Shown here: piece after piece, positions 12,400 to 25,600 of the stretch
Layout: the number at the start of each line of letters is the position of its first letter
Numbering within the stretch: position 1 is the first letter of the stretch
Source: Hydrolagus affinis
Lineage: Eukaryota
Assembly: GCA_012026655.1 (NCBI GenBank)
Contig: JAAILG010000229.1
Location: 1-64,000, forward strand
DNA length: 64,000 bases
Reading direction: 5' to 3'
The notes under the pieces: model-generated
Database searches by the model: none
Told to the model about the DNA's origin: nothing
Seen by the model: only the letters and a program-made list of their open reading frames with translations
Made by a program: the position numbers and the translations under genes

Positions 12400-12475
12400 G
12401 GATTGCTCTTAAAAGAGTCAGCACACATACAATAGGCCGAATGTGTTTCTGGCTTATAAATTTCTATGGTTCTTT
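12400..12475 (+). mobile_element. CR1 LINE 3' UTR remnant
   Basis: 'agagtcagcacacatacaataggccgaatg...tttctatggttct' matches the CR1-type 3' end with (ATTCT)-like terminal repeats. Confidence 0.6.
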
Positions 12476-13009
12476 GTTTGTCAAAAGAAATATTGAAATG
12501 AAACAAGAATCTTAGGCTCGTTAGATTGGTTCAGATGAAGGTCATTTGGCCCATTTGACGTCATCAGTCCAGAATGCCCACTTAGCTGTCTATCCATCTT
12601 TTGATCCTTGGAGGTAAACGGGATCACCTTAGGTTTGAACTGGTGACAGGTTTGGTGAATGGAATGTCAGAATCAAGCCCATCAATGGGCATCTTTCCCG
12701 CCCCCCCACCCCACCCAACCCCCCCCCCCCCCCCCACCCCTCCACTTGTGGAAGAGGGGTAGGTAGTCTGCTGCACAGCACCCTACAAAATTACAGATTG
12801 AACACCATGTGTACTACTGAACAAAGCTGAGCGGGGAGGGGATATACAATAATAAAAATAAATGCAAGAATAAAAAAATGGATATTAGAACTCCGCTGAT
12901 GCAAAAAAACCACCTGGTGCAGCATTGAACCATATAAACTAGAAGGTTGCCTATTGTATTTGGAGTATTTCTCTCGTCCTTGGCCTCCACCAACTCCCAC
13001 ATTCCTTCC

Positions 13010-13340
13010 AACAACAACATTACATTTGTATAGTGCTTTTCACATTGGGAGGATGTCCGAAGACGTTGCTTACTAGAAATGTAACACTCTTATTCTCAGT
13101 TTCTCCTGCTCCTCCATCGACAACTCTCTGGCACCTCCCTGCATCTCCAACCTCCTCAGTCCTTTATCCACCACCCGGTGCCTCCCTTCAAGTGGCGCCG
13201 GCCTCCTGTTTGTCCCTTGTCGCCTCTGCTCCACTATTGGAGGTCATTCTTTCAGCCATTACACCCTGACGCATTGGAACACTCTCCCTCAAATCCTTCA
13301 CTTGCCCCCAACCCTGTTAATGTGAAACGCACTGCTGAAT
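13010..13340. mobile_element. Two L2 remnants: minus-strand tail (13010-13067) and degraded plus-strand 3' region (~13130-13340)
   Basis: 'caacaacaacattacatttgtatagtgcttttcacattgggaggatgtcc' and 'ccactattggaggtcattctttcagccatt...tggaacactctccct'. Confidence 0.6.
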
Positions 13341-14171
13341 TTGTGTGTTCTGTTAACAGTTTTTTTTAAAAAAAATTCAATTATTCATATTGAACATAAA
13401 TGAATCCAAAACCGAAACTTTTAAGATTTGGATTTGACACTAAACAGCCTATTGTGTGCATCTGTTTGGTGAGTGTTCCATATGCCTGGAATACAGACAC
13501 ATTGGTGCAGTTAACACTGTGGCTGTGGTCTTCATTTTATGGATTTTCAAAATGTAGAATGTTTCCCCCACTATGAATAATATTGCCGTACAGTGCGTAG
13601 CTGTTTGAACTGCAAACAAATCATTTTGAAATTAAAGGGAAACCACCTGCACCTAAAGCCAGGGATCATACTTACACATTATTGCCGGCTTAATGGTTTA
13701 TGGAAGGAAGCTAATCAGTAGGGCATGCTGGGATATTAGTGGTGCTGCATGAGCAGTTCAGCAGCTGGGCTGAATGGATTTGGTGGTCACAGGGCAAATG
13801 TTCTCATTTCTCATGAGTAAGACTCCTACTGAGATGGGGAATGATCTTCCTGGTAGGGGAGGCAAGGTGGGCAGAAGCAAGCAACATGCAATGCTTTGTT
13901 GTTGCCGTGTGGGTCGGGTTGATGAGGGAGAGGCTGTGAGGTATAAATGAAACCAATTTTTAAAAATATTAGCAAAAACTAGCTGGACTAAAAATCAAAT
14001 CTAAAGCTTTAAGAGGTCAACATTTTATCCAGCTACCTTGCCTTGAGCAAGCATTCTACCAGTAGATTTTAAAGTATTGTATTATGTGAACACTTACACT
14101 TTGCTTTGAGATGCTACTCGGCATGGATAGCCAAATAAGTGCAAGTTGTTGTTGTAATAAGGCCAAGCTAT

Positions 14172-14335
14172 ATAATAATAATAATCCTTGTATTTGATAG
14201 AGCGCCTTATCACTTCTTTGAAACGCATCAAAGCTTTCACAGAATATACTGTCAGTATAGAATATATTTATTTTATAGGTGAAATGCAGCAGCTATTTGA
14301 GCACAGCAGTGTCCTGCATACAGTCATGGATTGGG
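14172..14335 (-). mobile_element. tRNA/Deu SINE, 3' half
   Basis: (AAT)n-ccttgtatttgatagagcgccttatcac...ttcacagaatatactgt...gcagctatttgagcacagc is the reverse complement of the SINE body at 14700-14862. Confidence 0.8.
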
Positions 14336-14553
14336 TAACAACATTTTTGTTTTTTGTAATATCGTATGCAAGTGCTTTTTTGTTTTCGACGTCTGGCGTT
14401 TTCTTTGGAGTACATATTCATTTGAAATTCAGCTGCTCTCTGAGCCAACAGATTTTGTACTTCTCATTGCAGTATTTGCTCACAGTTCCTTTTGTTAGGT
14501 TAGTGTTTTTTTGAAGAGAATCACACGACCAATCCAATATTTCAGGTGTGGAT

Positions 14554-14862
14554 TGTGGAGACCTGTAGTTCAGTGGTCAGAGCACTCGCCTTTCAAGTGA
14601 GAGACCTGTGCTCGATTCCAGGCAGGGCAAAACCTTGGGCAAGTATCCTTACCCACACACCAAAATAATCCCTCAAAAAAACAATAATACGCCAGTCATT
14701 TCAATCTACAACTGTTTGTGGGACACTTCTGTGTGCAATTGGCTGCCCCATTTTGCCCACAAATATACAGTCAATTCACTTTACAGTATATTCTGTGAAG
14801 CATTTTGAGACATCTAGAAGATGTGATAAAGCACTATACCAAATGCAAGGATTATTATTATT
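14554..14862 (+). mobile_element. Full-length tRNA-derived SINE (short Deu-type core, L2-like tail)
   Basis: A-box TAGTTCAGTGG (14566), B-box-like GCTCGATTCC (14610), core 'ctgtttgtgggacacttctgtgtgcaattggctgcc', and tail 'gtgaagcattttgagacatctagaagatgtga..gcactata..aaatgcaagg(ATT)n'. Homologous to copies at 22666 and 38401. Confidence 0.9.
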
Positions 14863-15279
14863 GTACATTTCAGCTTGTGAACCATGATACTGAAGGCAAT
14901 AATTAAAAGGGCCTGATGTCAAATATGAGCAAAAAAAACAAGACAATCCATAGAGCAAAGACCAAAGAAAGTTTTTTTTTGTTAAAGAGCAACTGACATG
15001 TGTTAAATAGGCGGATTGAACAGATTGGTATAAGAGTAATGAACAACATTAACTAGATTGTAGAATCAGAATTGCTATGTATTATGTGCCAAATGACACA
15101 ATTATGTAATTCAAAGGAACACTTTTCAACCTCAAATTAATTAATATGTTCTGATTTTTTTTGTAAATACTGTTTTATAAGAACTATTTAGAGTGATAGT
15201 GTTAGTTATAGGAACAGTTAGTAGCTAGGATTGGAACCAATCCACTGTATTTTGCTAATCACAGCTGAATGCCCAGATT

Positions 15280-15455
15280 ACAACAACACAATAACAAAAT
15301 TACATTTATAGAGCGCCTTTCACGTTGGGAGGAGGTCCCAAGGAAATTCAGAGCAACTCAATGGGCTGAATGGTTTCCTCCTGTTAAGAGTAGATGCATA
15401 GGATTTTTCTGCGCAAAATGAGGCCATTTGGACCATCGTGTCTGGGCTACCTCTA
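15280..15455. mobile_element. L2 tail-only copy (minus, 15280-15342) followed by two opposed CR1 3' tail remnants
   Basis: 'gagcgcctttcacgttgggaggaggtccc', then 'atgggctgaatggtttcctcctg' (+) and 'gaggccatttggaccatcgtgtctg' (-). Confidence 0.6.
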
Positions 15456-15929
15456 TCTATTTTTCTGAGTTTACCTTTTTCAAAAATTTAATAATCCCGG
15501 TTTATCCGGTATTTTGAGACCAAAGTTTTTTTTAAGAAAGTAAGTTTATTTTGCACAATGTTTTGTGTGATAACGTTGCACCATTTTTGTGAGAGGAATG
15601 TTACCTCACAAAGGTTCTGGGAAACATTCTGTGAATGTATTTGCAACATAATTTATTAGTGTTCCTTGAATTATACAGCCAATAATTCTAAATTCATAAT
15701 TATAAAAATGTTCTCGCCTTCTGTCGATTGAAGGTACAGCAGTTGTCTGTCTAAGATTAGTGATTCTGAACTATATGGGTTAGCTCCATAAATTAAATAA
15801 TATATGCATCTGATACGTATAGATGTGCTTCACTCAATCAGGGAAGGTCACACTATAAAGTGTGGTGATGGTGATATAACCAAATGCAATAACCAATTTG
15901 TACCACTATTGTCCCACAAAAGAGTTTAA

Positions 15930-16150
15930 TGGCCAATTAATCAGTGCATTTTTATTTCAATTTTGATGATGGACATGTTTTGGCAAAGACCCTGGGGGAA
16001 TTCTCCATGTTCTTTTAAGTAGTGACATGCAATCTTTTTGTGACAGCACCTCCAACAATCCTATGCTTCCTCAGTGCATGTTCATGACCTCTACTTGTTT
16101 CATGAAGCACAAACCCACTAGCTAGTGACCAAGAGAGGAGAGCTCCACCA
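15930..16150 (-). mobile_element. Old Deu-domain SINE remnant
   Basis: 'ttggcaaagaccctgggggaattctcc...tagtgacatgcaatctttt..gacagcacctccaacaat...cctcagtgca' is antisense Deu-SINE sequence. Confidence 0.6.
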
Positions 16151-19100
16151 AATTAGTGTAAACGTGATACTAAATTAGTGTGTTTACATAAATATATTGG
16201 GAACCTGATGTTGGTAAATTGTTAGCTATATACAGTATATGAATTGTTTCTAAGTACTGTAACAGACTCTTTTTGGGGGCATGTTGCCATCAAGCTGACA
16301 TTTGCTTGTTGCAGGGTTCCACCACACCAAAATTTTAATTCCCATAATTAACCAAGTACTCAGACTCTTTGTAGTGCATGGTACGTTTTACATCAGACCA
16401 TTAAAAAAAAACCCTGCTGGTTTGCGATAATATTTCATATTTGACTTAGAGTTGACTTCTTCCACTCCTGTCACTCAGAATAAAAAGGCACTTTTGTTAA
16501 ACCTTTCTGTGTGAACTGCTTTTAGTCTCTGAAGTCTCTGACAAAAAATGTAGTTTTAAAGAATTGAGTTGATGTTTTTTTGATGGTGGATATCAGGATT
16601 CCATTGTTGCATGTGAAGTACTTGAAGCAGATCAATCTTACATTTGGCATTCACAGATGCAAAAATATCCAGGTATCATGGAATGCGAAGATGATGAAAT
16701 GCAATGCTGGCAGGGAAGCATCTCTACAGCAGTGGTTTTAGTTTTGGTGTCAGAGTAGTTTAGATATTTATCTGTGCAGTATTGTTTTGTGGCATCGCTG
16801 GACATAAAGTCCATCACAGTACATTACCCCAAATCAAGGAAGGAGGGGAAAATACAAGTGTACTGTACTAGTGTTTGAGTGACACTGATATAGAAATCTT
16901 CACATACAAAACTATTTGACTCGCTGGATAGAGGAGTGAGCAGTATTGCACTGTGAGAGAAAAATATATTTCAGCCTTACCATGCCATGGGCCAGCTTTC
17001 TCCTCCAGACATGATTTGACATTCAGAGCTGTCAGTGTGTTTGGTTGCATGTGAACATCTGGTCAATATTTAGTGTGAGGACTCCAGATAACTTGAACTT
17101 GGAAAATACTGGGCTTCAGAGCATTCTTGGTTCAAATTAATATTTGTTTCAGAGTTGCGGAAGATGCAAACTTTTTATTTAAAAAAATGTCAGTCCAGGG
17201 AGATTCATGTTCTCTGGAACTCCTAACAACAGTCCAAGGATTAAATAAACAAGGGATGTTTGTTCTTAAGTTGTGAAAAAAATCATCTGTTTGAAAGATG
17301 ATTACACTGACTTATATTTCAATGATAAGTGTTTCATCAGATAAGTGTTATGGTTTTAGTTCATATTTACAGTATAAACCAGTTCAGTCTATTTGATGTT
17401 TGTGGGTGCAGCATAATGTGAATTGCATGAAGGCTTTTGTTGTTGACAAAACTGTAAATCAGTCCACAACTCGCAAACCGGTTATTAGCTTGTTTCTCGT
17501 TAAGGCTGTCGTGGTCTCATGTTTCAAAATTACTAAAATCAGAACTATACTACATCTTCATTAACATGCATTAGGTTTTTGCAAGTCCCTTGGATTAAAA
17601 CAAATTAATTATACAGAGTATATTTTGTCATGTATGAATACCTTTTGATGGTTTTGGAATACAGTTGAATCCACAAACCTACTAATAAGCAAATTTGGCA
17701 ACATCCTGACAGATGTGAATTGTTATCAGATCCCAATGGAATTGTTTTGCTGTCCATTTGTTTCCATGTCTGGATACACACAAGTTTTTTAAAAAAATTC
17801 TAATGAAGATGATAAGATTTCAATGTATAAGTAGTTTTGTACCTGTACACACAAATAAGTGTGGTGTAGTTTTAATTGAAGTTGTTGACCTCAATTTGAT
17901 AGGTTTTATAGTTCCCATTCTATGCATCCAGGGGTAATAATGAAGAGCAAATTTGGACATGCGACCTTCAAATCTGATTTGACAGTTAATCTTTGTGTTA
18001 ATTTTTGTGCGTTTAGTGGGGCAGTGGGAGGGGGGGCATAGAAGTGGGTAAATCCACCTTACAGAGGGTAATCACGAACTGCAACTATTTACGAGACAAA
18101 ATGATTGAGGCCAAAACACTGAAGTTCATTTAAGAAATAACTTGATGATAAAATGAAAAGACATTGCGGAGTCAGAATTCTGAAAAAAGCAGGGATCAAA
18201 TTAGCCCAGGACCTTCTTTGTCCAAACATCACTTGTGGTCTTGTGATTTGCTTCAATTTAAATTTATAATCTGTCTTGTCCATTTATATGGTCATACTAA
18301 GGCCTAGATACAAAATGTATATCATGTGAGTTCACGTAGGCAAATTATAGATATTTTGTGGGTGAAAATATGAGTGGATATTTGGGAAAACTCGGTTTAC
18401 TCACATAAAGTGGTGTTTACCTCATTCAGCTATAACTTTCCATAAAGGCCTCTTGTAAAATCTGCCTGAAAATTTAAAAGCAAACGTGATTTATCATATA
18501 CTAGTTGGGCAATAACTAAACTCTATTTTGTGCTTTTGTGTATGTATAGGAGGGCGGGAGAGGGGAGAGCTAATGGGAACCATGTTTTTGATCTGGATTT
18601 TACTGGGTCTTCTATCTTTTATTTCCTGAATGCTGAGTTTTGGTACAGTCTGGGAGTTGTAAAATGAAACTATTCAACCTCATTCATTGAATCTTGTATT
18701 TATTTAGCATTTCAGATATAATTTATGTATCTTGGTCACTTGTACTTTTCTTTAATTTCATAACTAATCGTCTTTTTCGTGAGCTCCACTTGCTCTGGGG
18801 CTGAATGTTCCGACAAAATATAGCAACGTCTAAAGTGTATTCTATTAATGCACTACTTATAAGTACTCACTTTATTATTACTGTGACATTTATCATTGAT
18901 ATATGGTTCATTGTCGTTGCTTTTTATGATACAATATATTTATATTCCTGTTCTATTATATGAGAAAACATCAAGCACCTACATTGAACTGTTGCTCTGA
19001 TATCATGGTTGTAGTTTTGATGAGAGATGTTTCAATAATCCATTGGGAGTAATTTTAAAATTTGCCATCCCTTTGTGGATCTTGAGTTTATTGTAAATGT

Positions 19101-19269
19101 TGGTAGAAGAAGGCGGGGGAGCAGAGAGGGAAGGGTTTGGACAGTATTCCCACAGGGCGAGTAATGAGCAACATAACCAGAAAATAGATGCTAAGATATT
19201 TTGGGAAACAAATTAGGAGAGTTGCTAGAAGAGAATGCTGCTGACGGTGGATCCTGATCTTGTGTTGTA

Positions 19270-19322
19270 TGACGTTCTCCTGACGTGAAAGGCACTATAC
19301 AAATGCAATTTATTGTTATTGT
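19270..19322 (+). mobile_element. L2 tail-only copy
   Basis: 'gacgttctcctgacgtgaaaggcactatacaaatgcaatttattgttattg'. Confidence 0.7.
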
Positions 19323-19548
19323 CAACCTGTGATTTCCTATTTTCACACCCTGAACCCATGGCCTTCCTAAAAAAGAGAAAACCATAATAATGACAAGGAA
19401 CCCACAACTATTGATTGAAATTCAAAACTGTAAGAGAGGATACCCACTTTTGATTTCACTTTGCTACCGCAAAGACATTCTGCTAGAACTTCTATTTTTA
19501 ATGCATTTTTTTTTAAGTTAACTTAAATCAAGAGACAATTTCATTCAG

Positions 19549-20330
19549 TACAGGTAAACCTCTATTTAGGACATTTCTGAAAAATTGTATCTAGATTGAA
19601 ATGTCCTAAATTGAAACGCAATTTCCCATCGGTCCCATTATATAACCAGAGATGTGTTCTTTTCATAAAATTTTCGGACCTTAAACCCACTAAATAACAC
19701 ACAAAATCACACAACATAACACACAAATTAACACACATAGGCAAGAAGGGGTACTTGGGGGTAACTGTACAGTATTGTACTTTAATACTGGCAAACTTTA
19801 ATACCGTACACTACTGGCAAACTTTAATACTGGCAGTGTGAAAGTGGCAGCTTCCCCACTCATCTTGATATTGTGGAGCCCACAGCGTCTTTTAAATCTT
19901 TGAAACCACACTCTGCTAGCACTGAAAGATTGTGCCATTGAGCCTTCTCCTTCCTGATTATTTAACTCCCTAAACAATGATTTTGCCTTCTCTTGGATAA
20001 CCAGGGTGTTGAGTGATATATTACACTGGTTCTGATCCTCAATCCAGACACTCAGCATTCTTTCCATGTTTTCCATCACATCACTCCTATGTTTTGTTAA
20101 TCTGCTTGCACCTGTAGCTGTAACACACCTTGAACCTGCCAGTATATTGTCCTTATTTTGTTTTATAATAGTCACCGTCAATCTAGCTAACCCTAAAGTC
20201 CTCCCGATGTCCCTACCTTTTTGAACAGAATCGATGCGCTTTATCACCTCCCAATTTAGTATTTAAAGTGTTGACTTTGTGGGGTTTCTGGCCGCTAGGG
20301 GTATTACCGCTGCTTATTTCACTTACTGCT
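19549..20330 (-). mobile_element. Internally deleted Tigger/pogo transposon with CENP-B-type HTH transposase N-terminus (TIGD1/Tigger1-like pseudogene)
   Basis: ORF 19798-20247 contains IGRTLGLARLTVTII..NKD / MENMERMLSVWIEDQNQ / IQEKAKSLF / FSASRVWFQRFKRR.GLHNIKMSGEAA, covering the HTH_psq and CENP-B HTH regions. The upstream frameshifted segment reads KVNTLNTKL. No DDE domain follows. A terminus TA+CAGGTAAACCTCTATTTA lies at 19549; the other terminus was not resolved. Confidence 0.9.
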
Positions 20331-22179
20331 GTCTCTTCCCGACTTGCTAGAATCACAGTAGAGGCTGTAAATCTCTCAAAGTTGCTCGGGAATGTTTGGA
20401 AATCACTATAATACTGATGTGGCATGGTGTCGCTTCAAAATCAGGTGGCTTTTAAACAATGACATGGCGACATGCTATTGGCCAGTTCAAATGCTTGGAT
20501 ACACTATATCAGGTACAAATGTCATTTACCCGCGAATACACTATGGACTGTGTGTATGGACAAAAAGGACTCGTGAAATGCAAAAGTGCCCTGAAACATT
20601 TACTAGATTTCTGAGACACTGTAAAGGGTTCATTTGGGATAGGAGCTCATCTCTCATAGGTTGGAAGTGCATTATGCAAATCACTCCTGAGGTTCGTTGT
20701 TAATCATACCACATGATACCAAAAGTGGAAATGTGTAGTGGGAGGAAGGGGGCGAAAAGATTGCTCCCTTCACCTTTTGTTGGAAGGCCAACTTGTCTGC
20801 TTTTAATGGACAATTGTGATGAGTTGTCTTCAGTTAAATCTTGCTTTTTGACATTCCCTATTTGGGAACATATATGTTCTTGATTATAAATTTCTGTGTT
20901 TCCTTTGTTCATGTAAAGCTATTCTAACCTATGGAAGAACCTGGATACCAAAGTTATTTACCGTAGCTAATGTTAGTGGTGCATTTTGAACAGTCACAAG
21001 AGCAATGGAGTACAGTATTGGATAGCATTGCTTGTGGCACTAAAGAAGCAATAGAGTTTTGTGTTACCTCTGAGACGGGTTTCCTGAGACAGATTTGGCA
21101 AAATGGTCATGGTTAAATCAACCCCCCTTCCCAGTCCAAGGTTGCCGAGTTATATCCAACAAGTACTATGTGTTCTTTTGGTTTGTTCCATATTATGTGC
21201 ATGGTTTTCAAATTAATTTCCTTTATTGTAGGATTAATAGTTGGAAGTCTTTTTTTTTTAAAAAATGAAAACATGCCATCACTTTGATTTCAGAAGATTT
21301 ACTTTTGTTCAAAAAAATCTTTGCCAGTGGATAAGAAGCGCACAGAATTATTTAATGAATAATGATTTAACCTCTCTTCAGCCAGATGTTTATGAGACGT
21401 TCTGGGTGATTTTAAATGGGAAATTGCTGGTGGTTTGAGGCACTTTGTTGGATAAACTAGAACATCTTTAGAATATTATAAATTTGGCGATTGTTGTGCA
21501 TGTATTTCAAACTATTTACAAGGTTCCAAAGTGCATAGTAATTCCCTGGTATTGAAATCACAACTAGAATTCAAAACAATCAATTTGTGTGCAGAGGGCA
21601 TTGAGAATTTGAACTTTGTCTTGCAAAGGAATCTGTAGAGTATTTATTCATTGCATCATAGGTCAGCAGCTTAATAATGAGACAAAGTGCCTTATTCAAT
21701 TGCAGATCGTTTGGAATGCTAAAATATCGGTACAATATTGATGGGAAGGGAGGCTGATTAGGTTCTTGGGAATTATGCGTGATGGAAACAATCTGGAAGG
21801 AGTGAAAAATTATTAAATACACTCAGCGGGAGTTGTAGGATTTACCATTGTCATGTGGAGCCATTAATTCTCATTGCAATGTACAGCAGCTTGATTGCAC
21901 ACTGTGCATTCTGTTTATTACAGATCTGGTCCAATTTTTATGCAATGGTTTTATTGCAGGACTAAACACTAATTAGCTTTACAAGTAGTGTTAGCAACTT
22001 TTTTTTATAAAGCATAGAGGCCCCTTGGAAAAATAAATGAGCCAACTAGTTGAAGGTTTGAGAGCAAAGGAAGCAGGAGTAACATTAATGTTCAAAACAA
22101 TTTATTATACTGTTAATTCAAACACAAATGTAGAACTGACAATCTTCTTTGATCTAGTGGGCAAATACACAATTCAGCA

Positions 22180-22320
22180 TGGCACTGAGCCACACAGACA
22201 CAGGATTGAGATTGCTGATGTGTCCTAAGTTTGCTGAACTCAAACAGGGCGGCAATTAGAACACTTGAATTATCATTCACACCCTTGGGCTAGGGAGGGC
22301 AAAATTAGCCAAATTAAGAA
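22180..22320 (+). mobile_element. Ancient SINE (AmnSINE2-like shark family) fragment
   Basis: 'gcactgagccacacagac...tttgctgaactc..cagggcggca...cccttgggctagggagggcaaaattagcca'. Related copies lie at ~29230, ~32160-32430 (-) and ~44330-44560 (-). The family name is recalled. Confidence 0.55.
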
Positions 22321-22665
22321 GATGAAGCAATTGCATTCCATGTAAATCCTGCCCATAGCTATGGTCAAAAAACGTGCTTGACAAATATGTCTGTTGCCTT
22401 CACGTCTGCAGGATAATACTTTGAATAGCCTTAAGCAACATGATTTAAGACAACTACAGTATCTCACAAATGCTTTCCATGATGATGCTCCAGGATATTT
22501 GTGTGACAGCTTTATATTTTCCATTACTTTTTCAAGTTTGAAAATCAGATCTTTAGCATAAGTCTCTGTACGATGTCCTCCACAGCCGATGGTAAATGCC
22601 AAGGATTATATTTTTGGATGATACAGGAGGGTTATGTGTACAAAGGACTTTGAACTCGCACATTT

Positions 22666-22962
22666 AGTCCTGTAGCTCAGTGATTAGAGCACTCGCCTTG
22701 CAAGCGAGAAACCTGGGTTCAATTCCAGGCAGAGCAAAATCTTGGGCACATTTCCCTACTCCACATGCCTAATAATAATCCCTCCAAAAAATTGGTAAAT
22801 TCAATCCACTGTTTGTGGGATATTGCAGTGTGCAATTGCCTGCCGTGTTTGCCTACAAATATATAGGCAATTCACTTTACAGTATATCTGTGAAGTGCTT
22901 TGAGACATCTAGAAGATGTGAAAAGCGCTATATTAAATGCAAGGATTATTATTATCATTATT
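22666..22962 (+). mobile_element. Full-length tRNA-derived SINE
   Basis: A-box TAGCTCAGTGA, B-box GGTTCAATTCC, Deu-type core and L2-like tail with (ATT)n. Same family as the 14554 copy. Confidence 0.9.
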
Positions 22963-22989
22963 AATAATATTGTCAGCTGGCATGCCAAT

Positions 22990-23338
22990 GCAATGCTGGA
23001 ATGTGTTAGATTATTAGAGTTGCATTCCTTCAGATGAGATATTAAACCAAGGCCCTGTCTGCCTGTTTGAGTGGAAAATAAAATAACCAATGGCACTATT
23101 CGAATATAGAAGGGTGTTTCTTCAGCTGCCCTGGTCAACAATCCCCAGATAAAATTGGTCATTCACTTCATGGCTGTTTGTCGGATATTGGTGTTTGTGG
23201 CTTTGTGGCTGCATTTCGGCACTGCTGTGTTCTGCCTACAAAATACAGTCACTGCACTTCATAATATATTCTGAAAAGTGCTTTGAGATGTCCTTCGGAC
23301 GTGAAAGACACTATAGCTAAATGTAAGGATTTTTATTG
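22990..23338 (+). mobile_element. SacSINE1-like long Deu-domain SINE, 5'-eroded
   Basis: 'ttcagatgagatattaaaccaaggccctgtctgcc...atggcactattcgaa...ggctgtttgtcggatattgg...gtgctttgagatgtccttcggacgtgaaagacactata'. Confidence 0.8.
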
Positions 23339-24299
23339 CACAACTATACCAGAATGAGCACAACCTTCAGAATTGAAGGAAAACAGTGGTAAAAAAAATA
23401 TTGATTTAAATTACTGTCATTTAAGTTATCAAGTACTCTTCATTACTGTCACCAGGATGAAACAGTAACCATCAGGAACACCACAGATGACTGCAAATAG
23501 GAAACTGATTGAATTAACTGATATACTTTGTCTATTACACTTCTGCAACATTCAATGGATGAAACACTACTAACTAGAAACAATAGATAATGTAGTTGGA
23601 AGCATTCTTACCAACATGAGTTTTCATATAACAACAATAGCAACTTCCATTTATTCATCACCCTTCACACGAGGTAGTGTCTCGGGGTGCTTAAAGACTG
23701 CATTAAACTTGCAGGAAACTGGCCAACCAAAACTGTGCAGCAATTTATACAAATAATCAAACACATTCTGTTATTTCCTGGGATTCATTACTATTGCCAC
23801 CAAAGGAGTGGAAAGCATATATTCATATTCTCCTTAAGTCCAGGCTTTCCATGTATAATCCGTGAGTTTTGATGTACATTTCTGTAACAAAGTTTCAAGT
23901 TGCCATGAAGCAAAGGATTATCTTTGTATGTGGCAGAAGTCTGCCCTGCATAAATCCTGCCTGCAAAGTGGTCATTAGTTCTCTATCTACTCCACTACAG
24001 CTGGTTTAGAACATGCACGCTGAGAATTCATTGAGTTCATTTTTCTTGTTTTTTTTGCTACTTTTCCCAATGAAACCATGTGGAGAAGTTTTTTTTTAAT
24101 GAATGTATTATTTGTATACACATTTATGCCTTTTTTTAAAAAAAAAAATCAGTTCTGGCATCTCCACAGTGTTCTTGGTGTGTATGCGAAAGCTGCTGAA
24201 CCATGTTCCAAGCACAAAACCTCTATGGCAACTTTCTGCCTAGATCTCTCACTGTGTGGCCTTTAAAAGACTTAGGATAGTCAATTTTAGGTCCTCAAA

Positions 24300-25000
24300 G
24301 ATGCTTACAATGATGCTTCACTCTTACCTCTCGGATATTCAGTCTGAAAGTCCATTCCCCAAACTCAGTTCTTGGACAAGTGGGCGAACAATGAAATAAG
24401 AAAATGATTGGCAGCTGCTTCAAATCAAAACTATCAATAATGTACCCATTATCAGTTGTCTAATATTTGGCACTGGGTTCCACTCTGGACCTATCAATGT
24501 CTTTAGGTCAACTTCATTGTTATTTTCCTGAATTCATTTACAAAGATTTCCTTGTGGCACTTTTGGTTAAGAAGTTTTGACAGACCCACTCTGATTGTCG
24601 CCAGTATACATTGATGCCAAGTATCAGTGCAGATACTGTGGAAAAAGTCAGCTTTCTAGCTGCCAAGACCTTTCAATGTTTCAGTTTCAAATGTTCAGGA
24701 ATGTTAATCTCTTCCAGTCAAAAGGGCCTTGTGTGATTGAATTTAAAAAAAACTCCCAGCAATAGTTACTGTGTTTCAACTAAGAAGGGTTGAACTTTGA
24801 GGTGTCCCCAAAGTGTCATATGATTTGTTATTCTCAGTCTTCACATTATGAATCAAACCTAGGAGAATCAATCTCCCGCAAAGCCTCTGCCATCAGGAGG
24901 TCAGGAAAATGGTTTCAGTGTGGGATCAAAATATGTTCTTGTACAGTCAACAAGATTTTCATGACCCGTTGTCAGCACCCATTGTGGGAGAAGATACAAA
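24300..25000 (-). pseudogene. Highly decayed hAT transposase relic
   Basis: Minus strand ~24640-24530 reads, across frameshifts, SICTD-ASMYTG...SG-LSKLLNQKC, matching the hAT 'TDGAS.M.G...G....L' motif. An upstream YF..IPH..HFPDLL-like segment lies at ~24950-24890. Many stops and frameshifts. Confidence 0.5.
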
Positions 25001-25489
25001 ATTGGATTACAAACTTTCTCTTTCTAAGGCCAACATCCTGTTTGTAAGGAAGGTTTTTAACCTGTTCAACTTCAGTCATCTGTGAGTTTTTCAATTATAA
25101 ACTCAGTCCATAACATCTGCTCTCTGTCATTCGTTGAATCAAAATATTGATCTTCAGCAATACAATCATACTCATCTCCTTGGTCTTCCCAACACACATA
25201 GTTGGTTCTTTTGAACGAAGACACCTTCATTCCCAAAGTGGGCCAATGCATTTCTGTAGCCATTTGCTTGGTCTGCTTATGGGAGAAATATCGAGTAATA
25301 AATTTTAATTTTAGAAATATCCTCATTTAGAAGAAAGCCCAATTCTCACCCAATTCCAGAGAGAAGCCAAGAAGCTATTCTAATTTGCAGTTTCTTATTA
25401 AAATATAACTGCTTCCTGTATTATTCATCAACAGCAAGAATATTAATGGCAATGGGCTACTTCTTTCACCCATGATTTGGGAGAAGATA

Positions 25490-25600
25490 GCTCTAGCTAT
25501 TTTGTTCTAAAGGATATACTGTAAAGTGTAGTGACCATATTTTGTGGCAGCAGCCAATTGCACACAGCAGCGTCCCACAAATAGTCATGGATTATTTCTT
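25490..25600 (-). mobile_element. SINE Deu-core fragment
   Basis: 'atatactgtaaagtg...gcagccaattgcacacagcagcgtcccacaaatagtcatgga'. Confidence 0.7.

Noticed and set aside
12695-12745. Poly-C/G tracts with G-quadruplex potential (also ~815-845 and ~55525-55552)
   Set aside because: These are simple low-complexity runs, common in such genomes and error-prone in assembly, with no evidence of function.
14554-14630. tRNA-like A/B boxes (also at 22666, 30434, 38401, 39335)
   Set aside because: They continue into SINE bodies and tails and lack a proper acceptor stem and terminator, so they are SINE heads rather than tRNA genes.
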